Program-made: the position numbers and the translations under genes
In this document: in pieces, positions 38,787-51,420 of the stretch
Layout of the letters: the number at the start of each line of letters is the position of its first letter
Position numbering within the stretch: position 1 is the stretch's first letter
The notes under the pieces: generated by a model
The model's input: the letters and a program-made list of their open reading frames with translations, nothing else
The model's database searches: none
What the model was told of the DNA's origin: nothing
Source of the DNA: Phoronis australis
Lineage: Eukaryota; Animalia; Phoronida
Length of the DNA stretch: 64,000 nucleotides
Assembly (NCBI GenBank): GCA_002633005.1
Contig: NMRA01000100.1
Location: 511,042 to 575,041, forward strand
Reading direction: 5' to 3'

Positions 38787-40677
38787 TGCTTGCATTTGAA
38801 AACTTTTTTGCTCACATGTTAAGAAATGCATTTACGGTATGTGGTCATATATGTGCAGTGTAGTTAGACGACTGTCACTCACTTTTTCGTATATTGCTGG
38901 GACTTTATAGTGGATGTGGTTGGGGATAAAAATTTTTCAGAATTTAGGCATGTTAACATGAATTATGGTGCAATTTACACTTCTTATGGTTTCAGCATCA
39001 AACTTGTATTTTAGAAGATCAAAGAAATCTGAGATTATAACCACGAATACCTTAAATAATAGTAAGATGAAAAGACCACACCTGACTGACTAATCCACAG
39101 CTAAGCTATTGCCACACAAAAACTCCTGAGTATAGTAATTAATCATTTCCTAATGTCTTCAAAAGAAATAATATTCTCTGCATTTTTGGGGCAAAAATAT
39201 CTATAATTTCGCCACTATGGCACTGTTGAATAATACTTGCAGAAAGTGATGTTTAGGCTTACCAGTTCAATTTCATCAAACCAAAAGGTTATAAAAACTT
39301 GAGTCTTAATAGGTTGGACATATAAGACAATCAAATTTTAGTGGGTTACTGTAATCTAGCCGACACACACTTGGCATATATGGAACTGACATTGAAACCC
39401 CCAAAATACCTGGTGTTAAGTCCTGCCCATTTTTTATAGCCTAAGGAGTAACCTACTACATGGCAATGGTTCATGCCTGCAACATTTATGAGGTAGAGCT
39501 GTAGGTTTTTTAGTCATTGAATATATCTTTAGTAAATCCCAATTGTGCAAAATGTGTATCATGGAAAATCCTGTTTTAGTTGTGACTAAAATCATGGTTC
39601 TTTGAATGTGACTAATATATGACTGACATTTGACTGAAATATTAGTAACTTAGGACTCTAAGGGCATTTTTTTCCACTTGTCCGGGTAAATAATGCCCAG
39701 GGCATCGAGAAGAACCTAAAGAGCTGAATGCGCGTGTCTGGTATGGGCGTTCAAAAATTATTTTCATGAAATTTTATGGGTGGCATTGACCAAAACATAG
39801 GGATTTGTTCAAACAAGTTCTGTAAGTGTTGTTCTGTCAGTGCTTTCATCTATTGTTGACCAGCAACGGGAAATTTCCAGTTAAGGTAGTTAAATTAGAC
39901 ATTTGCTTACTAAAATGCTCCATGCCTCAGTTATTAATATTGAAATTCAGATGAATATTTTATAACTATAACCAGTGGTATTAGTCGCATGCTACCGTGG
40001 GTGGTGAACTCCAGACATTCAGTTGGTTCCTGTCAGAATCTCATCTGCGTTGTGTGTGAGCCAGAAGCACTGATTTTGTGGTAAAGTAGACCTCGGATTT
40101 TTATTGGCTGCTGCCTAAGTGCTGCTGCCGCTGTGTACTATCCAGATGGTATAAAAAGGATCTCTCAGGCTCCAATGTCTACACCTATGTATGTAAGGGA
40201 AAATCAACTAAGGATGTATTATAAAGTAGGGCACTTTTTGGACCACCCTGTATTTCAGTGTATACAACAGGTCTTGGAATAAATGATTCCTCAGACAAGG
40301 TTTAGTCAGGTCTTACATGAAATACAGCAAGTTGTTTTAAAAGTGGATATACGAGAGACTTGTATAAGTACTATTCTATATTTTGATAATGCATGGAAAT
40401 AAAACAAGTACTGGACTTTGCTGGATTGAATCATTGGTGCCCATATCTCATGAACTTCAACAGACTATAAAGTGGCTGGCTAGAACCGGGCAAGTCAAGT
40501 GACTGGTCAGGTGACGGCCCATGCAGGAGATCTTAAATCGCCTTGATTCCAGATAGGTGACAGCATTTCCTCATATTTTCACGTGAAATAAAGAGCTTGC
40601 CTCCAGAGATATTCAGCTAGAATCTAATAATGGATCATTAACGTCCATGTGATGTTATTTGGAATTTCTAGGAAAAC

Positions 40678-40866
40678 ACCTTATTCACGCAGTCGCCATA
40701 TTACTAAGAGTTTCCTTTTAGGTTTTAAGAGCACTGTGGGCTCCACACTTAATCACACTGCAGAATGTGATTCTTTTTGTGCCTTGTTATATTTATTTCT
40801 CAAACGCATTGTTTTTTAAATCTAAAATGAGGCCGATTTTCAAAGTGGCAAGTGCGTGAATAAGGT
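40678..40866. mobile_element. Small MITE (Harbinger/ISL2EU-like ends)
   Basis: perfect IR ACCTTATTCACGCA / TGCGTGAATAAGGT, followed by GCCAT-type subterminal motif. Confidence 0.7.
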
Positions 40867-40897
40867 CGATTGGAAGCAAATACGTTTTCATGGACAC

Positions 40898-41079
40898 ATT
40901 TTGTATTGTCTAGCATTTTTCATTTTTAAAATGTATGCTTTCTTCCATTTTGCCTAGCCACAGTGATCATGGCCAGCTCAACTAATGATTTTGTATTGTC
41001 TAGCATTTTTCATTTTTAAAATGTATGCTTTCTTCCATTTTGCCTAGCCACAGTGATCATGGCCAGCTCAACTAATGAT
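40898..41079. repeat. Perfect 90-bp tandem duplication
   Basis: 40898-40987 identical to 40988-41077. Confidence 0.95.
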
Positions 41080-41916
41080 GGTCCAAAAATTGCATTAACT
41101 GCTGTAGTCTCAATGCATTCCATCACCTGAAGGTGGAAACCAAAACAAAACATTCCATAATACTATGTAGAAATTGAAGTGATGACAAAATAAGAATATT
41201 TAATTCTTAGAGATAACATTAATTCACCAGCCAGGATTTCCTTTTACACTCCAAAAATTCATATACAAAATAACAAATAACATCAATTACACCATGAAAT
41301 TGTGGTGAAGAAAAAAAAATTTAAAGCCATAAAATGTAACACATCAGCGAAAATGTAACCATGGTAGAACAAAAGAAAATATTGTAAAAATAAACTTCAC
41401 ATGCTAGATAAACCTGACCACTCAGGAGCATGGGATGATGAGGTATTCAGAAGCAAGATGGCTGAACATTTGAGTGGCGCTCTGAGAGACGTGTCTAAAA
41501 TATTCATTCATCCACATTTCAACAGAATATACATGAAGGTTTGTATTTGTTGGCGAGACCATTGCCCAACACTTAGCCTTTGTGTAACTGGTACCGAAGC
41601 CATCATATGGAGAAGTCACATGCTCTTTGTCACGTGCTCCTTTAAATGGTCATGTGTTTCTGTCATGGTTAATTTTTTGCTGGCTCATAATTCTGCCCTC
41701 GCACGGTACCCTATTTCTGATGATTTTTTATGTATATGAAGTGAAAATGCTGTTTTGGATCGTTATTTCTTTGGCACTCCGAAGTGAAAATAATGTCTTG
41801 AACTTTTTTTGTTATACCGTTATTAGTACCTATATTTTGTCATAGTCTTACCTTGTTATTTGTCCGGGTTCCGCTTCCTCGGATGGGCGATGTCAGCATT
41901 CTCGTGCTGCCATTAT

Positions 41917-42608
41917 GGCGTTTTGTCCATGCCCATCTTGCAGAGTCTTAATTAGTTTTATCTATTTACGTCATAAATATGACAATATTCTCAATCCTCC
42001 TCTTGTTTTACTTTGCAACATAACTCGTGGCGTACCCCGGGCAAAATAGATTACGATAAATTAAATTTAACTGGTTAAATGCATTTATCGTCATTATTTT
42101 GACATTTGTCTTTTTATTTTGATACCAGTCCTTAGGGTTTACTTTGCATTACTCATCTCTATTTATAGCCTCAAGGGCCTACTTTTGTATTCATACATTT
42201 CTTTACGCGAAACCTGATTGGTTGTCCATATTTCCTTTGTTCAGTTCAACGTGGTCTCTCATTCAGCCACCTACCTCGTCGTCTACAAGACCTACGTTCG
42301 TTCTCTGCATTTTTCCCCACCCCCCATCCCGGGTGTCGGTTCCATTTTCTCTTTTCTCATATACATTTCTTGTTAGTTTTTTTCAAGTTTTGTGTTCATG
42401 TTCTGTACTTTTCCTTTAAGCCCTTCAGGCAGTTCTTTTGTTTTGGCTATTCATTGTACACGCCGGTGGGCGTTTTGTCCATGCCCATCTTGCAGAGTCT
42501 TAATTAGTTTTATCTATTTACGTCATAATAAATGACAATATTCGCAATCCTCCTCTTGTTTTACTCTGCAACATAGCTCGTGGCGTATCCCGGGCAAAAT
42601 AGATTACG
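41917..42608. repeat. ~140-bp direct repeat pair
   Basis: 41917-42055 vs 42469-42608, few substitutions, ~413-bp pyrimidine-rich spacer. Confidence 0.9.
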
Positions 42609-42949
42609 CTAAAAATTTTTTGTATTCTTGCTTAGAAAAAAGTGTTTTGAAATTTTTGCGTTTTGGCTTTCTATTCCTGACATACGTAGCTCTTTTATTA
42701 GAGCATGGAAAGGATGATTGAATACATGCATGGCTGTCATTACTGTTATTAGCCACAGCAGGTCCTTGTCTGGGTATAATGAATAATGTATATTCACTGG
42801 ATTAGGTTTTCAATAATTAAGGTAGGTCTTGGTTATTTAGTTCTGTTTCATCAATTAAGGTAATTTAACAGTTGGCTTGTGAAGTGGAAACTGTGTTATT
42901 ATTTGGTGAAATGAATTATTGTTGCGTTTTTGTGAAGTTCTTTTACTTA

Positions 42950-43020
42950 ACAAAGTAAAAAATCATGGCAAAGCAACAAAATTGACAATTTTGTTGCTTT
43001 GACATGATTTTTTACTTTGT
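42950..43020. repeat. Near-perfect 71-bp palindrome
   Basis: 35-bp arms, 1 mismatch, 1-nt centre at 42985. Confidence 0.92.
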
Positions 43021-45575
43021 CAAAATCATTTCACCAAGTATCGTTTTGTTATGAAGTTTCTCTATTTTTGTCCGTATACTGGTCGAATTCCTTGTCCAAT
43101 TGACATGAAATCTATACACAACATGTAAATTACTCATAGCATGAAGCTGATTGATTTTCTCAACATTCGAATACAAGATGGTGGGTGTGGTGACCACTTT
43201 GGTTTCAAAATCACTCCAAAACACCCTTAAAAGTCACGATATATGTTATATTGTGCTCAAAATCAGCTTGTATGTAAATGACATTTGAACATGTCTTACA
43301 ATCTTAACGAGTACCTCTCTAAATTCTCTCCATTGGTGCCACAATTATTCTCTAACTAAATTGTTCCCGCCAACAGATGAATAAGGCGCAGATGATTGTG
43401 TGCGCTAGTGGCGTGTACTTCACCAATCTTGCCCGATTTTGACGTACAATTTCGACTTCCGTCTGTATTCTTCCTGTTCTGATTTAAGCGTGTGCTTCAT
43501 GTGGGCTGGCTGCTGTGGCGGTAAATACACTGATTTCATGAAATAAATGGAACAGATATTGATTTTTGGGAAATATCTCAGTCATTTATAATTTGCAAGT
43601 CATTACAAACTTTGAGACGAATTTTGGGGGGAATTATTGTCTGATTTTAATACTTGCAGTGGCGACTTTATGCCTCATGGCGACAACTGAGGTCTCATTG
43701 CCAATACAGGCCGCCAAATCGGGCGCTGATATTCATATATTGTATAATAATTAGCATTTCCTGTCGCTACCAGTCTGGTTGACAAACATTTCTAGAAAAC
43801 TTGGCCTTTCCCACTTATGTTGACACCTGTGTTTAGGAAAGTGTCAGTGACTGAGGAGGGAATGCCTAAATTTGGTTTTGGATCAAAGTTAACGGCTGAA
43901 GTTTACTTGATAGTAAACAGGTAGATTGATCATGAACAGGTTGTTTGAGAAGGTAAGTGTTAGCACATCATTATTAAGCCTTTCAGGTGCGAGGAGTATT
44001 CGAATTAGGATCCAGAAGCAATCAGTTTCAATATCGATACCTTAAGGCACATTTTTGTTCGATTCTTAGTTTCAATTTTGCCTTAGGTTTTTTGAAAGCT
44101 ATAACGTATTCAGGAATCTTTTGAAGGGGCTTTTTGAGATAATTTGAACATGTAAACATATCAGGAGTGTTCATTAGTTAGAGTCTTCCCAGACTTAACA
44201 ATTTTTGCTTAAATTAGTATAAGCGGTAAGTTAACTTCTGATATTTTAAGTACAATGAAGGGAATTGAATCAAATTCCTAAGACCTTCCTGCCTCTAGTG
44301 CTACAGTGAGAATATTAAACTTCAGTGTCCATCGATGTTATAAGCAAGGGTCATTGTTATGACAATAGTGATGTTCATATTATGTCACCTTGCATTAATT
44401 TCATTGATGATAGTGCCACCTAGTGATAACTCCATGTCTGTTAACTACTTAAGCTAATGGGAACACTCAAGTTAATTTTCCAGTTTAAATTGACGCTTGT
44501 CTTACTCACCTGGATTTTAAAAGTTGGTTGGTGGGAGGTGGCCAAGAAACACTGCACTTTACAAAGAGTAGCATTGGCAAGATTGATACACAAAGGGAAT
44601 ATGTCATACTTAAATGGCTCTATAATTGAGTTTGTGTATTCTGTTGAGTGGCACCCCTAATTACCAGTTGGAAGCCAATTACATGACCAGGGAAGCTGAG
44701 TACAGCTTTGTACAAAAATAATTGCCAAATTTGCCATTTCTGTTTTTCATAGGATGATTATTTATATTGCACATAATGGTGTTTGATGACATTCAAATTT
44801 TACAAACTTAAGCTACTTATCAACCGAAATTTTATTGTTGTTTATTTTTGTTGAGAAATTTTATAAAACTAAAATTTCAGTTGTGGACTTTTCATTCTGG
44901 TGCTTTCTAGAGTAACGACAGTGCCAAAGTGGCTTCACTTTCCGAACTCAAATTTGGTGACTACATAGTGGTTCTTTAAGGTTATCTCACACTTTATTTA
45001 AGTGACCTTCAGGCCATGCCATTCCCCAATAGACTTGCACAGGTATACTCAGGTGATCTGCTGGCATTCCACATGGTTTGGACGTTCGCTATTGTTTTTC
45101 GAGCCTCTGTGTATAAGCAAGATCAGCAGGTGGTGACAACAGATGAGCGCTGAGTGCTGAAGCTGAAATCACATTTGGCAAGTAAGCCTTGAGCTCAGGT
45201 CATACACTGTAATTTCGTGAGCTGGTTCATTTTGTGAGCTGGTACATTTTGTGAGTTGGTACTGGCCAGATGGGACCCTGTTATGTCTGCATGCTATTAG
45301 AGCAGCAAGTTGTCTAACCTTGCATTGTAACCTTAAACTATTGTTTTTTTCTTTCCCATGCTTCTCACAAAGTATCTTAAGGCAAAGTGAAATTGGATAT
45401 GTCTGATATGTTAAGCAATATCAATAATCTGCTTCTATTAGTTTATTCAGGTTTAACAAACCATGAACCATTATCCTCAATTGAGATATCTGGTAAGAAG
45501 GTATTCAACAATAATAGCAATGATACATTGTGACTGGAGGCCATTCCCAATATCTTCTATGGTGCACTTCTGTGC

Positions 45576-45797
45576 TAGGATAGTGCTGGGGTCATTGGAA
45601 ATGGTTAGGATAGTGCTGGAGTCATTGGAAATGGTAAGGATAGTGCTGGGTCATTGGAAATGGTAAGGATAGTGCTGGGTCATTGGAAATGGTAAAGATA
45701 GTGCTGGGGTCATTGGAAATGGTAAGGATAGTGCTGGGTCATTGGAAATGGTAAGGATAGTGCTGGGGTCATTGGAAATGGTAAGGATAGTGCTGGG
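45576..45797. repeat. 29-30-bp minisatellite x~7.5
   Basis: TAAGGATAGTGCTGGG(G)TCATTGGAAATGG. Confidence 0.95.
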
Positions 45798-48138
45798 ATT
45801 GAAGTTGAAAGTGCAAGGTGTTGCAATGAACAGGTGGATTTAAAAGCAAAGCTCATATTTGAATGAGGTTGAATAAATTAAACTTTCTAAATTAAAGCCT
45901 GACCTTAACCTGTTATTTACCCTGTGTGACATTTTTATTTTAATGAATAGTTGAGCTGGGTTGAGTGTTTTTAAATGAAAAATTTATAAAGATTCCTGAA
46001 ATGTTTTGTATTCAGAATACTAGTCAAAAAGTTACTAATCTAATTTTACTGTAAACACAAAGTATATTTATAAAAAATACATAATCTATAATTTCTTTAC
46101 GTAGCCAGTATTTGACCTTAGATAAATTGAAATACATTATTTGTTCTGTGATTACACATTTGCTTATATAGTCTCTGCCTAACTTTTGTGGTTGTCAGCC
46201 AGTAAAAGTCAATGAGAAACTGCTCCATTAATTTTGGAGCTTCATTGTGCCACTCAAAGAGAGTTTGAGATTTATCCCAAAATCAAACTTGTGGAATGTT
46301 ATTGTCAATAATAGATTATTCAAAGCCATGTTAGTAAGATGGTCATCTATAAAAGAGCTACCTGGTGGTTGTGTTGACACAGGTATTCTTAACTAAACAA
46401 GGCATGTTTGACTAGGATGTTTAGAGTAAAGATTCTTTGGGTTCACTTAACATGAGGAGGAACATGTTGGTGTTTTGCCCAGTTACTGATGGCTAAGTGG
46501 CTTGCGTTGGGTGCTTGAAGGGATTACCGGCAGCCGAGTAAATGAAAATTCGCTGTCTCACCAAAGAACATTAGAAGGCAGACATTGATGTATCAAGCCA
46601 GGTTAGTGGCATGCTTCTCAATCGTTCTTTTTACATATCTTTGAACCCAGCAACATCGTTCAGTGAGCTGGTAAACTTGCTGCCTTGGTCTGTATTCATT
46701 TTTTAGTGTAACAGCCTCCACAAGATATTGACATTTTCTAATAAGTCCTAACTCCGTATTTGTAAAATCAATTCTTTTTACTAACCGCTTATTTTTGCCA
46801 ATTTTTTAGAATTGCTTTTCTCAGTGCTGAATAATTGTTTGGGGATATGTAAAATAGGGTTTAATCACTAAAATCAATCTAAAACTGTCGACGGTTAAAA
46901 TGAAAGGTTGAAACACCATACCCTGCTGACCCCAGTAAATGCCTGGTCTGAAATCTGAGGTTTCTAAATCAATATGATTTTGATGTACTCTATATGAGGT
47001 TTTGAGTCACACCTCGGTAGATCCCATTTTGCATCAGTTGCAATTCGAGGTGTAAGTGATCGACAGAAATTTCTCCAAAACAGGGAAAATCAAAAATTGA
47101 TTTTTGTTGGGATTTGGTGAATTATGACTTGTCTTCAGATACTGTTGCTAAACTGTAAACATGTTGCATGGAATTTGGGAATAGCCAGGTCAAGAATAGA
47201 CAAGGACCCACACTCTTTGATGTCGATATGAACATTTGACAGTGAATAGGTAACTGGTTAGAAGGCTCCCCTGTCAGTGAGTTTGTAATCTAGTACTGTA
47301 CAAATTGCATGATGCTACACATACAATGTATTGAGCGGTTGTATGTCTCAGATTGTCCTGTTCCTTTTTTACACTGATGGATGCAAACTAATTAAGCTTT
47401 CTTTTTACATAGTTTGAATTTTTCAAAATAAGAGTTCACTGGTAATTCGCATGTATATGTGCCTCAACATATATTTCCTGAGAGTCTGTTCCAATACACT
47501 GATGGCAAACAGTCTAACTAGAAAAGTTTGAATATTCACGGATTTTACCAAGTTCTGTTTAGGAGACAGTCTATTAGGCTGAGAAGATTTACATTACGTT
47601 TAGCAGAGAAAACAATTAGCTTGGCTTGTACTATGCAGGTATTCTCTAACCTCATGAGGGTGCTCAATCATGGTGGTGTTCGAATAAAAACCTTGAATAT
47701 TTCCATGTTTGCCTTACTTTTGCTATGACATAAGGTAACTTAATTTGTAAATCAGGAGGCAACTTGTTGGGCGATAATGCGTGCCTCCCTCACTCCAAAG
47801 TCTCCAGAGAATTCCGTGGCACATCACAGACTTCATAGTGTCATCACACATCACAGTGAGCTTATCACTGTTCATGGGCTTGGCCCAACGTGTATTGGAT
47901 GAGATAATTGTAGTTGGCAACCAAAATGCCTGTTTAGCATACTAGTTTCATATTCAAGAAGGAACAATAATTAAGGCAAACGACCAGAATGACTGTTTTA
48001 AAATTTAAAGTAAATATCAGCTGTCTTCGAATTTTTAAAATCACTGCATTATAAAAGAAATTACAGCAAATATGTTTTCTTCAGCAGCGCTGCTGAGCCA
48101 CTTTTACAAAAGGAGGGATTAGTCCCAGTCTGGCTTAA

Positions 48139-48563
48139 GTGCCGTTTTGACACTACAAAAGTTGACACGGATCAGCTGACACGGAACGAAATGTTCCAGT
48201 GTGTAAACGTGACTGACACAGAGCAAATTGACACCACGGTGACGACTTGCCATCCGTTTGTGAAGTGGGGCAATTTCCGCTCAAACATCTTGCTCCGTGT
48301 CAATTATATGTCTAAATGCGAAACTGGGGCAAGGCGGAAAGGATCATCTTTACTGCGCTTGTGCAATGACCTACATACGGCTCTCTGTCTCTGCAATTCC
48401 CCGCTATTTGAAAACCTGCGCATGCGCATTCCACTCTCCAGCGTACAACTTCGGTCTTGCCAAGTTGAGTTAATGAAATTGCGTGTGTAAACCGGCCATT
48501 TGACACCGATCAATGTGCGCCATGTCAGTTGCGCTGGATCAAAAGTCAATGTCTAAATGGGTC
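48139..48563. mobile_element. Decayed MITE (Harbinger-like)
   Basis: imperfect TIR GTGCCGTTTTGACACT / AATGTCTAAATGGGTC, TTAA on both flanks, repeated TGACAC motifs, CpG-richer than flanks. Confidence 0.5.
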
Positions 48564-49512
48564 TTAAGGTACACTTTAGCATAGGGGGGTGACAAAAGGC
48601 CAAGTGTTAGCATAGGAGTTGCCTTATGTGTGTATATTTCGCTGATATTTTCACATATTGAAGTTGACAGTTGCCAGCAGTAGGCTTGTACCCACTCACT
48701 GCTTGAGCATACTATACACGTAAGGTATTCAGAATTCCACATCACAGTGGCTGGACACAAGCGGAATTCATTGACACACTATCCTTCCGTCATCACAGGG
48801 AACCAATGGGAATTTACTAGAAATTTAGTATGGAGGTGGAAGGTATTTTGTCGTTAGAGACTTGCTGGAATGAGAGTTAATTGCCATTCATTTTAGCCGT
48901 AAAGAGAATCATTCGTTATGACGGAGAAAAGGCATTTATCCGAGTAGGTTTGGCGTGTGCTGTAGGTGAGTTGAATTATGTACATTTTTCTCACAAATGA
49001 AGGATGTTTAGATGTTAAATTTCTCAATACTTATTAACTCCATCTCTTCATACAGACAAATGTTATCAGATGTTGAACTTGCTTACTTTAAAATTCAAGT
49101 CAAGTGATGCTAACAGTGGATTGTAATGTTTATTTTTGTTACTTGACTAGCATGATTGGTGCTGAACAGTTGGTAGTCTTGAACGACTGAATTGGAAATA
49201 TTACCTGATTGATTCAGACTTAACACTCCCAAATTATCTTATTTTTATCACTGTTCAGCAAAATCCCACAGTTTTTGAACAAAAATGATTATTTGAATTG
49301 CCTTTTTATCCTGCCAAGTGTTGCAGTGATGGAATTGCCAACAATTTTTCTAAACATTGTTTGTTGTAACATTACAGGACAAAATATCGTTTCCCTGCCA
49401 TGGCAGCTTTTTATGTTAATAGTAATAATGACTTTATATTGGCAAAAGTCTAATTACAGAAGGGATTGAGCCACCTTTCTATCTTTCCTGTTAATTCACC
49501 TTCATACTTGGT

Positions 49513-49576
49513 CATCAAGGTCTAAGGCTATTCTGATGATCAAACATCAAGGTCTAAGGCTATTCTGATGATCAAA
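49513..49576. repeat. 32-bp tandem duplication
   Basis: CATCAAGGTCTAAGGCTATTCTGATGATCAAA x2. Confidence 0.9.
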
Positions 49577-49914
49577 TTCAGCTTCCTTGCAGTCCCACTG
49601 ATGAAATTTGGGGTCATTTTGTCTGAACACTTTTTAATGTATTTTAGGTGTGGTACAGAAGGCACAGTGTTTTGGTACCACTAATCATTTATACAAAAAT
49701 GAAAGGAAATATCACTTTTCTGCCTTAAATAAGTCCTTAATTGGTGATATTTTACTCTAAAAATGAGTTCAAAGTGTAAATTGCATGGCAATCACTGTAG
49801 TAATTCTGGCAGTGCATTTATTTTTGTGTCTCCCGAGGGGTTAAACCTCCTGAACACTCATAGATCTGTCACTGTAATTTCATTATCCCCTTCCTACAAC
49901 ATATTTTGGATTAA

Positions 49915-50046
49915 TGTGTTTTACATTATAAAATATTCTATTGATTTGGATTGATGTGTTTATTTACTGTTTTACAGTATAAAACATTCTATTGATTTGG
50001 ATTGATGTGTTTATTTACTGTTTTACAGTATAAAACATTCTATTGA
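49915..50046. repeat. 51-bp tandem repeat x~2.5
   Basis: ATTCTATTGATTTGGATTGATGTGTTTATTTACTGTTTTACAGTATAAAAC. Confidence 0.9.
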
Positions 50047-50296
50047 GACACTGATTGCTGAAATCATGACACTACTGAGCCACAATACAGGGTGTCCCAC
50101 ATTTTGACTACCAGTTAGATTCATGTTGTTCAGTTGAGCAAAATAGTTCTCAAAATGCGGGACCGAAGCCATGATGAGTTTTATTTAAGCGGTAATCCCC
50201 CTTTCATAATATTGCGAGCTAAATGAAGAATATCCATAATTGCTTCCCAAATCTGGAATTTTCACGTTTCATGTTTAATCTGTATATAGATATTAA

Positions 50297-50835
50297 AGTG
50301 GCATGAAGGTGGATGAGGCTAAATTGCATTATTCAAAGTTGTTCTCTGCCACTAAAACAAATTAAAATGTTCACCAGGTATTTTTATGGTTTGCTCATTC
50401 TGTTGATGTTGAAGCATATTTCTTTTAGTTTCAAACTTCAAAAAAAAATCTGTCAACTGCTTGTTGCTTTGGTGATTTTTCTCCCACGCAGCAATGCACC
50501 TCTCCTTTTTTGGTATGGCAAGACATGAATGTAAGCATTTCTCTTAAGTGGAAAATGTGACATTGGACCTTTGATGTAAACAAAACAATGACCTTTTCAA
50601 GTAACAGCCAGTCCGACTTCTTTGAACACATGCGCGCATACATATTTTTAGGGGCAGAGAATTTGAGAACTGGGATAGAGTCTGTGTTTCAAACATAGTG
50701 ACTATGACAATATTTTCTAGAAATTCTTGAAATATTCAAAATTAATAATTATCACATTCGTTAGGATCCTAAGAAGTAGATTTGCCGCAATCTGTTTAAT
50801 CAATATTTTTATGAGTTTTTGCATTCCATGCCTCT
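50297..50835. mobile_element. Kolobok-like MITE (second family)
   Basis: TTAA-AGTGGCATGAA ... TTCCATGCCTCT-TTAA. Confidence 0.65.
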
Positions 50836-51296
50836 TTAAGACATTTCCCCACATTTGGTGGGTGACTGACACATTTAGCAGGCGAGTGACACTATAACTT
50901 TTCCTTCATTAGGCCAGTCTTATGTCAAAAGGATTTGAGTTGAGGAAGTGTGCACTGTTCAGCCCAGAATACCCAAAGAATTCATCAACACATCAAAGGC
51001 TTGATGGTGTATGGGGGTGGGGTTATTGTGAGTGATTACTGTATCTTGTCACATCATATTTAAATAGAAGGCTTGATAGTTAGGTTGTACTTCTCTGTAC
51101 CTTTCTGTACTTTCCATTTTCTTTTTGGGACATGAAAACCATAGCATAAAAAGACTATGTGGGTTTTTGAATTATCAAAATTGGTAAAGCAAAAGTGATT
51201 TTGTCAAGAAAAACCTAAGCCTTGAGCTATTCAGTGGAAAGTAGCCCCCTGAGCATGTCCTTAGCTTATTACATATAGGGTACTGCATCACTTGCT

Positions 51297-51420
51297 CACA
51301 GTGTGGTCTAGTGGGATAAGTGACCTAACCCTTTTCTCAAGGTCATTAGTTGAAGTCCCAGTCGTGGCACGCTGCTAGACCCTTGAGTCACTCTGGTTTC
51401 TCAACCCAGTTTTAACTAAA
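51297..51420 (+). mobile_element. Decayed tRNA-derived SINE
   Basis: A-box TGGTCTAGTGG, degenerate B-box AGTTGAAGTCC, then CCCTTGAG..CACT..CTCAACCCAG resembling conserved SINE body domains. Confidence 0.55.

Noticed and set aside
41401-41739. 112-aa ATG-initiated ORF
   Set aside because: No recognisable domain or convincing splice context; probably a chance ORF
45463-45666. ORF with RIVL..LEMV repeats
   Set aside because: Translation of the minisatellite; unit length varies 29/30 bp and breaks frame
51297-51375. tRNA gene
   Set aside because: B-box degenerate, no foldable cloverleaf, followed by SINE-like body
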